Notes under the pieces: generated by a model | The model's input: only the letters and a program-made list of their open reading frames with translations | Told to the model about the DNA's origin: nothing | Databases searched by the model: none | Part shown: piece by piece, positions 41,827 to 55,273 of the stretch | Layout: each line of letters opens with the position of its first letter | How positions within the stretch are numbered: the stretch's first letter is position 1 | Origin: Octopus bimaculoides | Lineage: Eukaryota | Assembly (NCBI RefSeq): GCF_001194135.2 | Contig: NC_068984.1 | Location: 145,475,638-145,539,637 of the forward strand | DNA: 64,000 nucleotides | Reading direction: 5' to 3' | Translations under genes and position numbers: made by a program

Positions 41827-42379
41827 ATAGATATATATATATATAGAGAGAGAGAGACAGACAGACAGACATATATATACATTCTCTACCTTCTTTCCTA
41901 TCTACCTACCTACCTACCTACCTCTCTATCTATCTACCCACCTACCTCTCTATCTATCTATCTATCTATCTATCTAATTATCTGTCTATCTATCTATCTA
42001 TCTGTCTGTCTGTCAGTCTCTCTCATAAACGTCAGTTTATGACATCATAAAAAATAAAACTTACTTCAACTTCATCATTAAAAAATGAAGAAATCCTTAT
42101 AAAAAAAAAACGAAATTAAGAAACCATTAAATATAATTTTTAAAAAGAATCATTATTTCCATTGCTATTATTGTAAATAATTCATTATTATTATTATACT
42201 ACTACTACTACTACTATAGAGTTCTTAGTTTTGACTGAGTTTTCAACAACAGTTGTGCTGACTCAGGCAGTTTTCACCATTATTCAAATTCGGTTCCAGC
42301 CAAAAATAAATTCCCCCTAAAATGGTCTTTTTTCTTTTTTATCAAGTAGATGATATATATTTCTAAGAATTTATCGAGT

Positions 42380-42720
42380 GTTAAGTGTTTGAATAACAAC
42401 AACAACAATAATAATAATAATAATAATAATAATAAAGCTTTTTTAATGTTTTACGAGATTTCTAATAATGACGACGGCGACCACGATGATGATGGTGATG
42501 ATGACGACCACGAAGACGACCATGATGACCACCACGACGAACGGTTACAATGATGGTGATGACGGACGACGCTGACGATGTTTAAGATGACAACAAAGAT
42601 GATGATGCTGATGATAATGATGATCATGATGATGCTGATGATAATGATGATCACCAAGATGACAAAGATACTGACGGTTGTTATTATTATTATTACGGCG
42701 ATGATAATGGTGCTGACATG
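42380..42720. repeat. (AAT)n / (GAT/GAC)n trinucleotide low-complexity tract
   Basis: Directly visible. Confidence 0.85.
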
Positions 42721-43102
42721 ATTACCATTATTCCGATGAAGACGATGCTTGTGGCAGAAACGATGACAACGGATCCAGGTGAACTGAAGCTAAACTTATT
42801 GGCTCCTTAAAACATTCAGGAATCTATATTCTTACCATTTTTCTTCTCCCCCCCCCCGTCTCTTTTAGCGTTAGACATCTTTTATTTCGTTTGAGGAATT
42901 TACAATAAAAATTCACAACAACAATTTCAGTAACGAAAGGCAAAAGAAAGCAGGACTTAATAATAATAAGAATAAACAGCGAGAAAATGGCAAAAAGAAA
43001 CACAACGACGAGGCTAGGAAGAACCAGAATATATATATATATATATATATATATACAAATATATGCATATATACATACATAGGTTATGAGCGGTAGTGGT
43101 GT

Positions 43103-43145
<43 letters not shown>

Positions 43146-43527
43146 AACATACATATATATATATATATATACATACACATGCATAAATATTTATATTCTT
43201 TTATTCGTTTAAGTCATTTGACTGTGGCCATGCTGGAGCAAATCGATCCCGGGACTTATTCTTTGTAAGCCTAGTAGTTATTCTATCGGTCACTTTTGCC
43301 GAACCGCTAAGTTACGGGGACATAAAGACACTGACATCGGTTGTCAAACAATGTTGGTGGGGAAAATACAAACACACACACACACATAATATATATATTT
43401 ATATTTACATTATAGAGACACGCGTTTATACATACATACATGCATTATATACGTTTAAATTGCTAAGGGCCACGTATATTATATTTGATATATTATTTTA
43501 TTTATACATATGTGCGTGTGTGTGGTA

Positions 43528-43569
<42 letters not shown>

Positions 43570-44349
43570 TATATATACAAATGTAAATATATAGACGTAT
43601 GTATACATACAAACGTGCACATATACACACATATATACAAAAATATCTTGATGTTGAAATTCCAATGAAGGAGCCTTGGATCTAGGTTAGAAACCGGTTC
43701 CTTCTGTATTAGCAAGAAATCTTGAAATAAAACTTAATAATGACATACACACGCATACGTGTGAGTGTAATTAATTATTAATTATAGTTCTAATTTGTTT
43801 ATTAAACGAGTTACAACTTCAAGCAAAATATTTAGAATCTTTTTTTTTTTTAGCATTTTTACTATTTTAACCAAATTTCCACCCCCCATTTAGCCCCTAA
43901 ATTAAAGAATTTCTACAAAATATCCGAAATTAAAAAAAATATGGAGTCTAGAAAATTCTTAATTGCGTTAAAAACTAATTATTTTCTTAAAACATCTAGC
44001 AGAAAAGTGGAGAGCAAATAGACAGACAGGGACGCTGTAATAAAAGAATGTCTTGTAATAATGTTTATTATAAAGAGAAAATAAAATTCTGTCATCAGTT
44101 TAACAACAGAAGACATATGTACACTTTAGGGCCCCATCATCCCTACAACTTTATTTCTTTTTAATTTGATATTCTTTAATTTATTTTCATGAAAATTTCA
44201 GAAGAGAAGTTTTCGATGGCGTAAATGACGATTATGCCAATACAATATTTTTCGTTTGAAAAATTTATGCATTTCTTTTGTATTAAGAAAGAAAACATGT
44301 TCATATCTTCTTAACCGATTCATAAATGACTCATGTTCATTCCTTAGAC

Positions 44350-44570
44350 CAACGGCTCCCGACCGGGTTCCATATGACCCTTAGGGATCCATATAAGATT
44401 TTATTGTTAAAGTTTATGTGCAATACACTGGTTATGTTTGTACAATACACAAAATATTTTAACAATTTTTTTTTTTATACACAATATCTGATAATATTTC
44501 ATGATAAAAATATATTTTAAAGCATCGAACGACTAAGAGGGTCCATCTGAGTAAAATACAAATGAAAGGG
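44350..44570 (+). mobile_element. Truncated hAT (Charlie-like) MITE
   Basis: Starts CAACGGCTCCCGACCGGGTTCC (degenerate CAGCGGTTCCCAAC-type end). The interior resembles 62250-62561. No right end seen. Confidence 0.35.
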
Positions 44571-44637
44571 AGTCTTCCTCTGCAACTGTTGTTTATCCTT
44601 TTTGAAATTTGAATAAATTTTATTTCTTTACAGAGAT

Positions 44638-44813
44638 ATGACGATGAAGTACCGAGTAGAAAAAAAAATGGCCAGTTTTCGACACCTGCTCTTCTTCGGT
44701 TTCAAATATGGTTCCAAAGTTGCCGAAGTCGCTCAAGACATTTGTGCTGTGGACAAAGAAGGCACTATTACTAAAAGAATTCCACGGAAGAGCCATTCGC
44801 ATGAACGTTTTTA
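44638..44813 (+). mobile_element. Mariner transposase N-terminal fragment
   Basis: MTMKYRVEKKMASFRHLLFFGFKYGSKVAEVAQDICAVDKEGTIT resembles the FRHLL.F.F..G.KAAE.AR.IC.VY.EG helix-turn-helix start. Confidence 0.75.
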
Positions 44814-45201
44814 GAATGTCCAGAAAAGTCATTATAAACCTTTATACGTAGGTTGAAATGAGTCATTTTCGACTATACATCGGTATTGGGACGATTTCTT
44901 TGGAAGATAATGAAAATGTTTGTCTTGAAAATATCATTCCAGCTTTGTCTTGCACATCACATCAAATGAGAATGGCGACCACAGACATCGTTGTCCAGAA
45001 AATTCATTAGCATGTTTTCGAAATTTCAAAGTTAATGTAAATAAAAACCATGAGGCTTTTTTATGCTGTTCTGGAGAAATTCAGATGAATTGGCAGTTAA
45101 TATTTTCAGGTGAAAAAAAAAAAGTCATTTTGTACGGTGTCACGTATGTTACGCTTGTCAAAAAAATTTACCATACATTCCAAGTTTTTTTTTTGTTTTT
45201 T

Positions 45202-45429
45202 NNNNNNNNNNNNNNNNNNNNNNNNNNNNNNNNNNNNNNNNNNNNNNNNNNNNNNNNNNNNNNNNNNNNNNNNNNNNNNNNNNNNNNNNNNNNNNNNNNN
45301 NNNNNNNNNNNNNNNNNNNNNNNNNNNNNNNNNNNNNNNNNNNNNNNNNNNNNNNNNNNNNNNNNNNNNNNNNNNNNNNNNNNNNNNNNNNNNNNNNNNN
45401 NNNNNNNNNNNNNNNNNNNNNNNNNNNNN
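45202..45429. other. Assembly gap (N run)
   Basis: Other gaps: 4223-4322, 8381-8396, 22692-22701, 23762-23793, 27061-27070, 50073-50214, 52202-52450, 56324-56333, 58396-58405. Confidence 0.95.
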
Positions 45430-45769
45430 AGAGACTCTCCACTTTCCAGCCAACCTGTTCAGTTCAGTGAGACTCGGTTAAAGTAGCTCATCCACAAAGA
45501 ACCGTGCCAAACCATGAGGGCATTTGGCCCAGCAGATGAGATCTTGTCGTGATACTCAATGCCCATCACCTTCACTCGAGGGTTAAGGGCCAAAAATTTG
45601 GTCCATGGAAGAAAAACGTACGAATTTATCTGACAACGCAATATAAAACAAATCAAGTTTCCAGAAACAATTTTGTTTCTTTTTTTCTTTTTTGACAGTA
45701 GACTAAACGCAAACTGGAGATATTCCTCATTGTGTTTCCAAATTTCATATTGATAATCAATATATCAAT

Positions 45770-45940
45770 CAGATAATCTTTTCTACTCTAGGCACAAGGC
45801 ACAAAATTTTGGCGGAGGAGGCTAGTCGATTAGATCGACACCAGTACGCAACTGGTATTTAATTTATCGATTCCGAAGGGATGAAAGGTAAAGTCAACTT
45901 TGGCGGAATTTGAACTCAGAACGTAAAGACACGAAATACC
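45770..45940 (-). mobile_element. SINE (family B)
   Basis: Reverse complement of the family B core. Confidence 0.75.
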
Positions 45941-46956
45941 GCTTATTTTACATTTTATACTATGATTCTAAGCCATTATAAACATTCAAAGGAAGATATG
46001 AACTGGTCTCCTTCATTTTGTATCTTTTGTCAATGGACAGCGAAGGGGTTAAGTAGAACAAACCGGCCCCATCTTTTTAAGTACTAATTCTATCGGTCAT
46101 TTTTTTTTTTTTTTGCCAAACAACTAGATGGCAGGAACGTAAACAAACCAGTATCGGTGGTTAAGCGACGGGGACCAAACACACACACACACCCGCGCGA
46201 CGGGTTTCTTTCTGTTTCCATCTATCAAGTCCACTTACAAGACATTGGTCGGCCCAAGGGACCACGCAATGGAACTGAACCCGAAACCATGTCGTTGGGA
46301 AGCAAACTTTCCGAGCAAAACCAAAATTTTCTGGGTTTTTTTTTTTTTAAAACTAACAAAAAAAAATCTACATCTTCGAAAATTTAAATCTATAAAATTT
46401 CCTTTAAAAAATACATATTACGGGGAAAATCTACGAGGAAACAAAGTCGGGAAGTGGTGGAGGTGACGAAGGCACGAAAACGAAGTTAAGGCCGACAGAC
46501 ATAGCAGACTATAATTAAACCAGCGACGAGAAAAGATTTGTGTGTTTAATATTTTCATCGTCACTTTTTTGTGGGGGTGGAGAGGAAATTACCAGAAAAA
46601 AAAAGTTTTCGAGAGACTTCTAAAAGAGTAAATGCGTCAATATGGCGGGGAAGGCGAGACAGAACAGACAGACACGTGTACTGGAAGTACGTGTGTGTGT
46701 GTGTGTTTATTATACGGCAACAGAGAAAATCTCAAGCTATGACGGACAGCGTTACTAGTGCACTTGTCTCTAGAATATAGGACCATTTCGGAGACTAATA
46801 TTGCCATAAGTAGGTAGTTTACTAAAAGGAAACAACTGTAACAGATATTGTCGAAACTGAAGGAGGATCAGATACTGGCTTTTTTTTTAATTATTATTAT
46901 TAATTTGTACGTGTATCTAGAGATACACACATTTGAGGTTATATATTCAGCATTCC

Positions 46957-47038
<82 letters not shown>

Positions 47039-47378
47039 AGTAAAAATAAATACAAAAAAAGGGGTTTTGTATGATTGTGTATAGAGGAATATATTATTTT
47101 GTTTAAAAGAGTTCCAACACTGTCTGTTTTTTATGTTTTATTTATATTCCTGCAAAACCAATGTGGAATATAGAATATGGAATATACAATATATTATATA
47201 AAATAAAAATGGATGGTACAATGAAATAAAGTATTGAATGTCTTATTGAATATATGGAATATGTCTTATTGAATAAATGAAATATTGAGTGTTCAATATT
47301 AAGGATTAAATATATAAAGGCGAATACGTATTTTCTATACCTTGTGGTATTCCATCATGGCCGGTATGACAGACTTTA

Positions 47379-47409
<31 letters not shown>

Positions 47410-47561
47410 TTTTCAGCAAGTGAAAATAACTAAGGTATCTTCAGCCTGATGAGAGCTAGCTGAGTACCCCCTCGTTGTGTAATTATTACATCAGAAGATC
47501 TGCTAACTAAGAAACATATGTAACCTGGATTTCACCTGCTCCAGTCCCTCAATTTGGATTT

Positions 47562-47592
<31 letters not shown>

Positions 47593-47607
47593 GAACATAC
47601 ACAAACA

Positions 47608-47830
47608 AGGGGGGTGCTGAAAAGTTGTTGACTTTAAGGGCATTGTGAAACGTCTAGTTGGAGGCCCAACCTTCTGAGTTCTTTCACAGGGCTTAGAAAA
47701 ATTGAAGGACTGCTGCGATAAGTGTGTGAATCTGCAAGGAGAATATGTTAAATAAAATATGTTGAATAAAATCACAAATGATTCTCCTGTATTTTCTTTT
47801 ACCCAAAGCCAGGAACGTTTCACCACCCCT
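47608..47830 (+). mobile_element. Mariner-derived MITE with both TIRs
   Basis: Left AGGGGGGTGCTGAAAAGTTGTTGACTTT; right end reverse complement AGGGGTGGTGAAACGTTCCTGGCTTT. The interior encodes GLEKLKDCCDKCVNLQGEYVK*, like the mariner C-terminus. Confidence 0.75.
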
Positions 47831-47841
47831 TCTTATATATA

Positions 47842-47901
<60 letters not shown>

Positions 47902-50015
47902 GGTGTGCTAGTTACCAAAAGCAATTAATATTTAGGAGAATTATGTTCGGTAACTGAGTAACAGCATCATACCATAGAGGTTCCCTGTGGTTGGCATCAG
48001 CCACTACACACACCTCATTGGTGAGTCAGTCTCACTGACAAATATGCTTTACTAAAGTCAACTGCAGAAACCTTTGGGCAGGAGGTGAAAAGTAATCTGC
48101 TTCGCCAAAACAACCACACTAAACTCTACACATGTTTTACAATTATGTAAAGAACGTGTGCGTGTGTGTAGGTGCAGGCATGGCTGTATGGCAAGTAGTT
48201 TCTAGCTCTGTTGTTCAGGGTTCAGTCCCACTGCATGGCACCTTGGGAAAGTGTTTTCTACTATAGCCTCAGGCTGACCAAAGCCATGTGAGTGGATTTG
48301 GTAGACAGAAACTAATGCATGTGTATATATTTGTGTGTCTGTGTTTGCGTCACAGTCATATGACAGAAACAAGTAAAAGAATAAAAGAATAAAAGAATAT
48401 ACACAACACACAGAGAAGAAGAGCAGATGAGAGTGCATCATAGATATGGCTGCGGGCTGTGACAAAAGGACCCCAATGAATCAGCTGATTGATGAATGAA
48501 ACGATTGAGTAAACTACTGAAATGTTGACTGACTGATAATAGCAAAAAGAAGTGAAATACGACTAGCATGTGTGTTTTTATTGGCAAAGTGACCCTTCCA
48601 AAGTACACCAAAAGTGTGTGTGTACATACATACAGACATACATATTTTTACACACACCATTCGAGCATGGTCATTACCAGTGCTGCCAGACTGGCTCCCG
48701 TGCAGGTAGCACATAAAAAACACCTCTTCAGCATGGTTGTTGCCAGAACCGCCTGACTGGCCCTCGTGCCAGTGGCACGTAAAAGCACCCCTTACACTCT
48801 CAGAGTGATTGGTGTTAGGAAGGGCATCCAGCTGTAGAAACTCTGCCAGATCAGATTGAGCCTGGTGCCTCCTTCTGGCTCACCAGTCCTCAGTCAAACT
48901 GTCCAACCCATGCCAGCATGGAAAGCAGACGTGAAACAACAACACACATACCCTCCCTTCCCTGGCTAAATGCTAAAAAAGGGAGAGAGAGAGGGAGAAA
49001 TAGAGAGATAATGTGAGGTAGTTAGAGTATAAGACAGGATAATTAAGCCAAACCCAATTCTAAGCAACAGGACAGACAACAACATTGATTTCAGTATAAA
49101 ACCCAAAATGAGAAGTGATAAGCAAAAGAAGTTTCCATGACAACCTCTTTGAGTCTGTCTTGGTAAATGACAATAGTGACCTTGTTATCAGAGCTGTGAC
49201 CTTAATAGTCATGTTCAACAACAACACAATGGATATTCTCACACTACATGGAGGCTACATGGATGTTATGGTTCATGAAATAAAGAGAGTTCAAGATTTG
49301 CAGTTCTGTGATGTAAATGACTCAATATCATCATCATCATTTAAAGTCTACTTTTCTCTGCTTGCATGGGTCAGACATAATTGGTTGAAGCAGATTTTCT
49401 CCAGCCAGATGCCTTCCTGTTGCTAACCCTTGCCTGTTTTTCACAGAAGACTAGAAACAAATAGCATTGCTTGTAAGATGGTGATGCTCGTTTGCAACCA
49501 TCCTGGATTTCAAGACAAGGACATACAAACACATTTGGAAGGGCATCCAGCTGTAAAAATCATGCCAAAACTTAGTTCACATGTGTTAGTGCCACGTGAG
49601 AAGCACCAAGTTCACTCTGTAGAGGGGTTGGTGTTAGGAAGGGCATCCAGCCATAAAAACCCTGCCAAAACACACGGTAGCCTAGGGTAGTATTCTACCT
49701 GGCCAGCTCCAGTCAACCATCCTACCCATGCATGTATGGAAGACAGACATTAAACAATAATGATGATGATGATGATGATGATTGGGTCAAAATACTTGTC
49801 AAAAATATGAAGACAGAGGGAGGCAAGCAGGGGATGAGGCACAGTTCTGACTTACTGAAGACATCCATTGAAGTAGGATGTTCCCTCATCACTTGTCATG
49901 TGTGTGAAGGGGTGGGGTTGGAATTGGTGTCACCTCATTTTCACAATGTGTGACAGTTGTAAATGGGTGTCACCACCATATAAGCAATGTCATTCATTCA
50001 TATATATACATACAT

Positions 50016-50072
<57 letters not shown>

Positions 50073-50386
50073 NNNNNNNNNNNNNNNNNNNNNNNNNNNN
50101 NNNNNNNNNNNNNNNNNNNNNNNNNNNNNNNNNNNNNNNNNNNNNNNNNNNNNNNNNNNNNNNNNNNNNNNNNNNNNNNNNNNNNNNNNNNNNNNNNNNN
50201 NNNNNNNNNNNNNNCCTTATTTTAATGTGTATAAGGAACCCCCTAATTTTGGGGGCTTAAAATTTGGAAAAAAAAAAGGTTTTGTAAGGGATTATAATAC
50301 TATCCGTGTATAAGAAACTCCCATACTTTTTTAACCTAATTTTTGACAAAAAAGGGTTACTCATACACGTTAAAATATATATATGT

Positions 50387-50429
<43 letters not shown>

Positions 50430-51228
50430 CAGGGTGCGATGGGTAAATTGTCGCTACTTTATATTTTTAATTTTGTGCATGCACATTGTTTTTGATTTTG
50501 TTGACTACACGGTATAGTAGGGTCAGTTGGGCACTGTCTGTGAGAAAAACAGCACCATGATGCAATTCACTCAGCCAGAAATTTGGAAACAACATGTTGT
50601 ACTGCTTGGCATTCATGTCAGAAGCTTCAATACGAACATCTCAGAGTGGGTGTCAATGCGAGGACAGTGCAATCTGAGGACATGTACTGAGAGTGATAAA
50701 AATCAAACATCCAGTCAACATCATACACAAAGGCCTACATCAAGTGCCTGGGGGAGGTAGTACTGCCCTGAGTCAAGAGGGCAGCTGCTGGAAAACCTTA
50801 TGTCTGGCAACAGGTCTCTGCACCCTGCCACACAAGCAGGAGAACCCAGTCATGGCTGTCAGACAATTTCACCCCTAGCATCTGGCCACCTAACTCCCCA
50901 AACTGCAACCCCCTTGATTATTATGTGTGGGGCGCAGTTGAACGAGAGACCAATGAAACTCCTTGTAATACCAAACATGAACTGAAAGGCAAGGATTATG
51001 GCAGCATTCACCAACTTAATCAAAGGGACTGTCCAGAAGAGTTGCAGGAGATTCCAAAGTTGTCTGGAGGCTGTGCTTGAAGCCAATGGCGATTTTATTG
51101 AACAAATTTACTCTTTAGTATTTCAAGATATTTTAATGTAATTTTGGTAAATATATCTGTTAAAATGAGATGTCAGTGTTATTTTCATATTTGTGTAATT
51201 TACACAACAGACTATTCACCACACCCTG
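50430..51228 (+). mobile_element. Internally deleted maT/DD37D-like Tc1/mariner element with imperfect TIRs
   Basis: TA-CAGGGTG...CACCCTG-TA ends with ~24-bp imperfect inverted repeats. Interior encodes KIKHPVNI and YVWQQVSAPCHTSRRTQSWLSDNF...WPPNSPNCNPLDYYVWGAVERE and EANGDFIE. NPLDY is the maT-type signature. Confidence 0.85.
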
Positions 51229-51244
51229 TATTTAAAGAAATATA

Positions 51245-51318
<74 letters not shown>

Positions 51319-52781
51319 AATCTACATATATCACATAGATACACACACACATATATATGTATATACATATATATATGTATGTGTATATATGTATATATAT
51401 ATGTATATAAATATATGCGTGTATATATGCGCATGTGTGAGTTTGTGAATGTTAATATATGTATATGAAACAACTCCATTGTCATCTCTATTATCATTAT
51501 GTTTATTTAATCAACCACTTTTTCAGGTTTGTGTGGGTCAGAGTGAATGTCAATCAGATGCTCTTCTCATTGACAAACCTTATCTATTTCCAAGTAAAGT
51601 AATGTTTATCCTAACACTTCAGACATGAATAGCTCAATCACTAGACATGCTTTTCTGGAGGATGACAAACAAACAACACCACTTGTATGATAGTGGTTCC
51701 TGTTTATAATTAGTGGGGGTCATGACGGAACAAAGGCAAACACGCACACACACACACATAGGTACAACACTATCCTTTTTACGTCCCCTCTCCATGCTCA
51801 CATGAGTGAGACAATTTTTGATGAGGCAGACTTTTCTAATGGTTGAATGCTTTTTCTTTCACCTGTTTCCAGGGTGATTTCTCTCCATAACAGACATGTT
51901 TTCATGGAAAATTCAAAATGAAGTACACAGCTTACATGATGGCCACATTCATTTACAACTACTGTGTGATGTCAAAGTGAGGAGATAGTAATACACACAT
52001 ATGTATATATATATATATTTTCCATTCTCCGAACTTTCTGTCTTTCCGACGAAGGGCTCCACCCAAAACGTCATACTCTCTCTCCTTCCTTTCCCGAGCG
52101 TCCAATAACACTATCCGTATCACGTCCTCACTTTGTTGTTTTTTTGTTATTGTTTTTTGTGTTTTTTTGAAGCTATATATATATATATATATATATATAT
52201 ANNNNNNNNNNNNNNNNNNNNNNNNNNNNNNNNNNNNNNNNNNNNNNNNNNNNNNNNNNNNNNNNNNNNNNNNNNNNNNNNNNNNNNNNNNNNNNNNNNN
52301 NNNNNNNNNNNNNNNNNNNNNNNNNNNNNNNNNNNNNNNNNNNNNNNNNNNNNNNNNNNNNNNNNNNNNNNNNNNNNNNNNNNNNNNNNNNNNNNNNNNN
52401 NNNNNNNNNNNNNNNNNNNNNNNNNNNNNNNNNNNNNNNNNNNNNNNNNNTATATATATACACTGTCCGGTTTGTGTTACCTATTTTGACCCTCTTCAAA
52501 ACCCCAAATTTGATTTAATTTGCTTTGCGGGAGCAACAGTTTTATCTAAAGCTTTTTTTTCTTGTTAAATGCTCGAAATACGAGACTAGAAAAGCAGCCA
52601 ACAACTAACGAAGGGTCGCTCTTTATGTTATTTGTTTTGTTTTCCATTTGTGTCTTTCATTTCCGAAAGAATGTTCATGTTTCATGTACTCGTACTTTGT
52701 ATTTTTTTGTTGTACATATTTCATGACATCCTGTGCCCACATATGCATATATATATATATATATATATATATTATTTATAT

Positions 52782-52820
<39 letters not shown>

Positions 52821-53008
52821 AGCTTCTAGCAACTTCTGACAACCAATCAATTCACAAGGCTTTGGTTGTCCCAGGGCTGCAGCAGAAGATGCTTGACCAA
52901 GGTGCCATGTTATGGGATTGAACCCACAGTCATGATGTGGTTAGGAAGCAAACTTCTAACCACGTAGCCAGGTCTGCACATGTATGTACGTATGTATGTA
53001 TGTATGTA

Positions 53009-53057
<49 letters not shown>

Positions 53058-53469
53058 TATATATCTTTTATCTTTTATTTGTTTCAGTCATTTGACTGCG
53101 GCCATGCTGGGGCACCACCTTTAAGAATTTTAGTTGAATGAATCAGCCCCAGTATTTTCTTTTTAAAAACTAGTAATTATTCTATCAGTTCTCTTTACCA
53201 AACCATTAGGTTAAGGGGACACACCCACACTGTTTCTGAAGACGTGGTGGTGGACAAACACAAAGATACACACACACACACATATATATAGGACAAGCTT
53301 TTTCTCATTTTTTGTCTACCAAATCCACTCAAAAGCTTTGGATGGCCCAAGACACTTATATCAACTTATATACATCTATATATAGAGAGAGAGAGAGTGT
53401 ATGTAAAGGTGGGTGGGTGTGTGTTTGAGATAAGGGCCCATATATATATAAAAGTAACAGGCACCGAGC

Positions 53470-53730
53470 AATTAAGGGTATTCAAGACATCATGCTACAG
53501 ACAAATGGTGTAGGTCTGCTGGGTGGTTCATAGAATGACTGAATCAATACCAGAAGAGACAGGAGTGGAACAAAAATTAGTGACGATGGTCACTAATATT
53601 TTGCAATATTTTGGCAATGTTATTAGGGCCCAGAGCCTCTCTGTCTGCACCCTTGATGCCTGAGTGAACAAAAAACAGGCTCTTGGACAACAAAGACGGA
53701 AGGGGAACAATCCAATGGAATGTCAAGGAG
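53470..53730 (+). mobile_element. RTE-type LINE 3' remnant
   Basis: LQYFGNVIRAQSLSVCTLDA*VNKKQALGQQRRK resembles L.YFGHV.R......LEG.V.GKR..GR.RRRW. Confidence 0.6.
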
Positions 53731-53940
53731 ACGAACTTGCAGAACTGTTAGCACACCAGACGTAATACTGCCAAGTATTTCGTCCATCTTTGCATTCTGA
53801 GTTCAAATTCCGCCGAGGTCGACTTTGCCTTTCATCCTTTTGGGGTCGATAAATTAAGTACCAGTTGCATATTGGGATCTAATCGACTGGCCCCCTTCCC
53901 CCAAAAATTCTGGGCCGTGTGCCTAGAATAGAAAAGAATC
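53730..53940 (+). mobile_element. SINE (family B)
   Basis: GAGTTCAAATTCCGCCGAGGTCGACTTTGCCTTTCATCCTTTTGGGGTCGATAAATTAAGTACCAG. Confidence 0.8.
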
Positions 53941-54093
53941 CAATGGGATGTGTATGCAAGTGCAGCACAAGAACACAGGTGTAGTACATTGTGGTATCTG
54001 TTTGGAGGTGGGGGAGCACCACCCCTCAGACATGAAGATGGGACATAATCATACACTAATTCCCAAATGTGTGTAGCTATCTATCTATCTATC

Positions 54094-54138
<45 letters not shown>

Positions 54139-55273
54139 ATGTATGTATGTGTGTGTGTGTGTGTGTGTTCGAACCCGTATGTGCAGGAAAAGCTGTATAT
54201 TCTATTCGCTTTGGATAACAATAACCGGTTGATTATATTAAGCAGATGATATAACAATATCCTGAACGTGTTTGGGACCCTACAATTTTGATGTCTCCAA
54301 CACACACACACACATACATACACACACACACAGTGTGAGAGAAAGAGAAAGAGTGACTCAAGAAAAGAAAGATAATGGTAATTAGGACGAATCTAAAATA
54401 TTTTTGGGTTGATTTCCCGGCCACGAGCTAACAAGGTACCCTCTGCCTGGTCGCTTCATACGCTAGAAATAGCAACCAAATCGCAACTTACTACCTTGGT
54501 GAAGTGATAGACACATTGAATGATGTAGTCCGAGATATACTATGTCTAGAAGGAAAAAAAATGGGACGGTCGTAGACGGAATACCTTTCATGATAAGCCT
54601 GTTGAATAAGAGGTGATTCGGAATGGGGTGGCGTTAAGCAACCACCGCCCTTGGTGTAATTTAATAGCTGGGAATGTAGTGTAGTTTAAACTGTAGTCTC
54701 AGTAAGAGTGTGTTTTTGATGTTGTCATAATTTTTATCGGGAACGTACAAGGGAAGATTAGGTTACCAAAAGGAAAAATAAACATTTAACAGTTATAGAA
54801 AATTAATATTAAACAGATATGCCACAAAAAAGGGAAGACATTGGCTTTACGGTTCTGTGGTTGAATAAATAAATAAATAAATAAATAAACAAATAATAAA
54901 TAAATAAATGAAAAGTCTATAGTTTCACGTGAAAAATCAAAACAAAGCACACATCAAAAATCTGAGAACCAATAAACCGATTCTGCTTTACCGATCAGGT
55001 AAAGTGCTGTGATCGATCAGTTTCATCTATAGTTATAATAAGAAATATCATATTTTTCCGCGAAGGATGGACAGAAAAGAAAAACCTGGCAAAAACGCAT
55101 TCCTGAAAGTGAAGATCCAAAAATCATGAAACTCATGTTGTGATTTTTACGTAGAGCAGTACAGAGGATATTTGATATCATTAGGGAACGGTAAGGGTTC
55201 CGACACGATAGGACCTTACATGGCTCTCATGAACGATGGTTATATGTATATAGAGAAATATAAGAAGACTTAC

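Noticed and set aside
45430-45650. GC-balanced, coding-looking segment after a gap
   Set aside because: All frames contain stops and I cannot assign a motif; probably a retroelement fragment but unsupported.
47446-47480. CTGATGAG core-like motif
   Set aside because: No downstream GAAA or cleavage triplet in register.
48380-48545. Strong minus-strand acceptor followed by an open frame, considered as COLGALT exon 2
   Set aside because: The translation has no DHN or other COLGALT motif and runs into a SINE tail.
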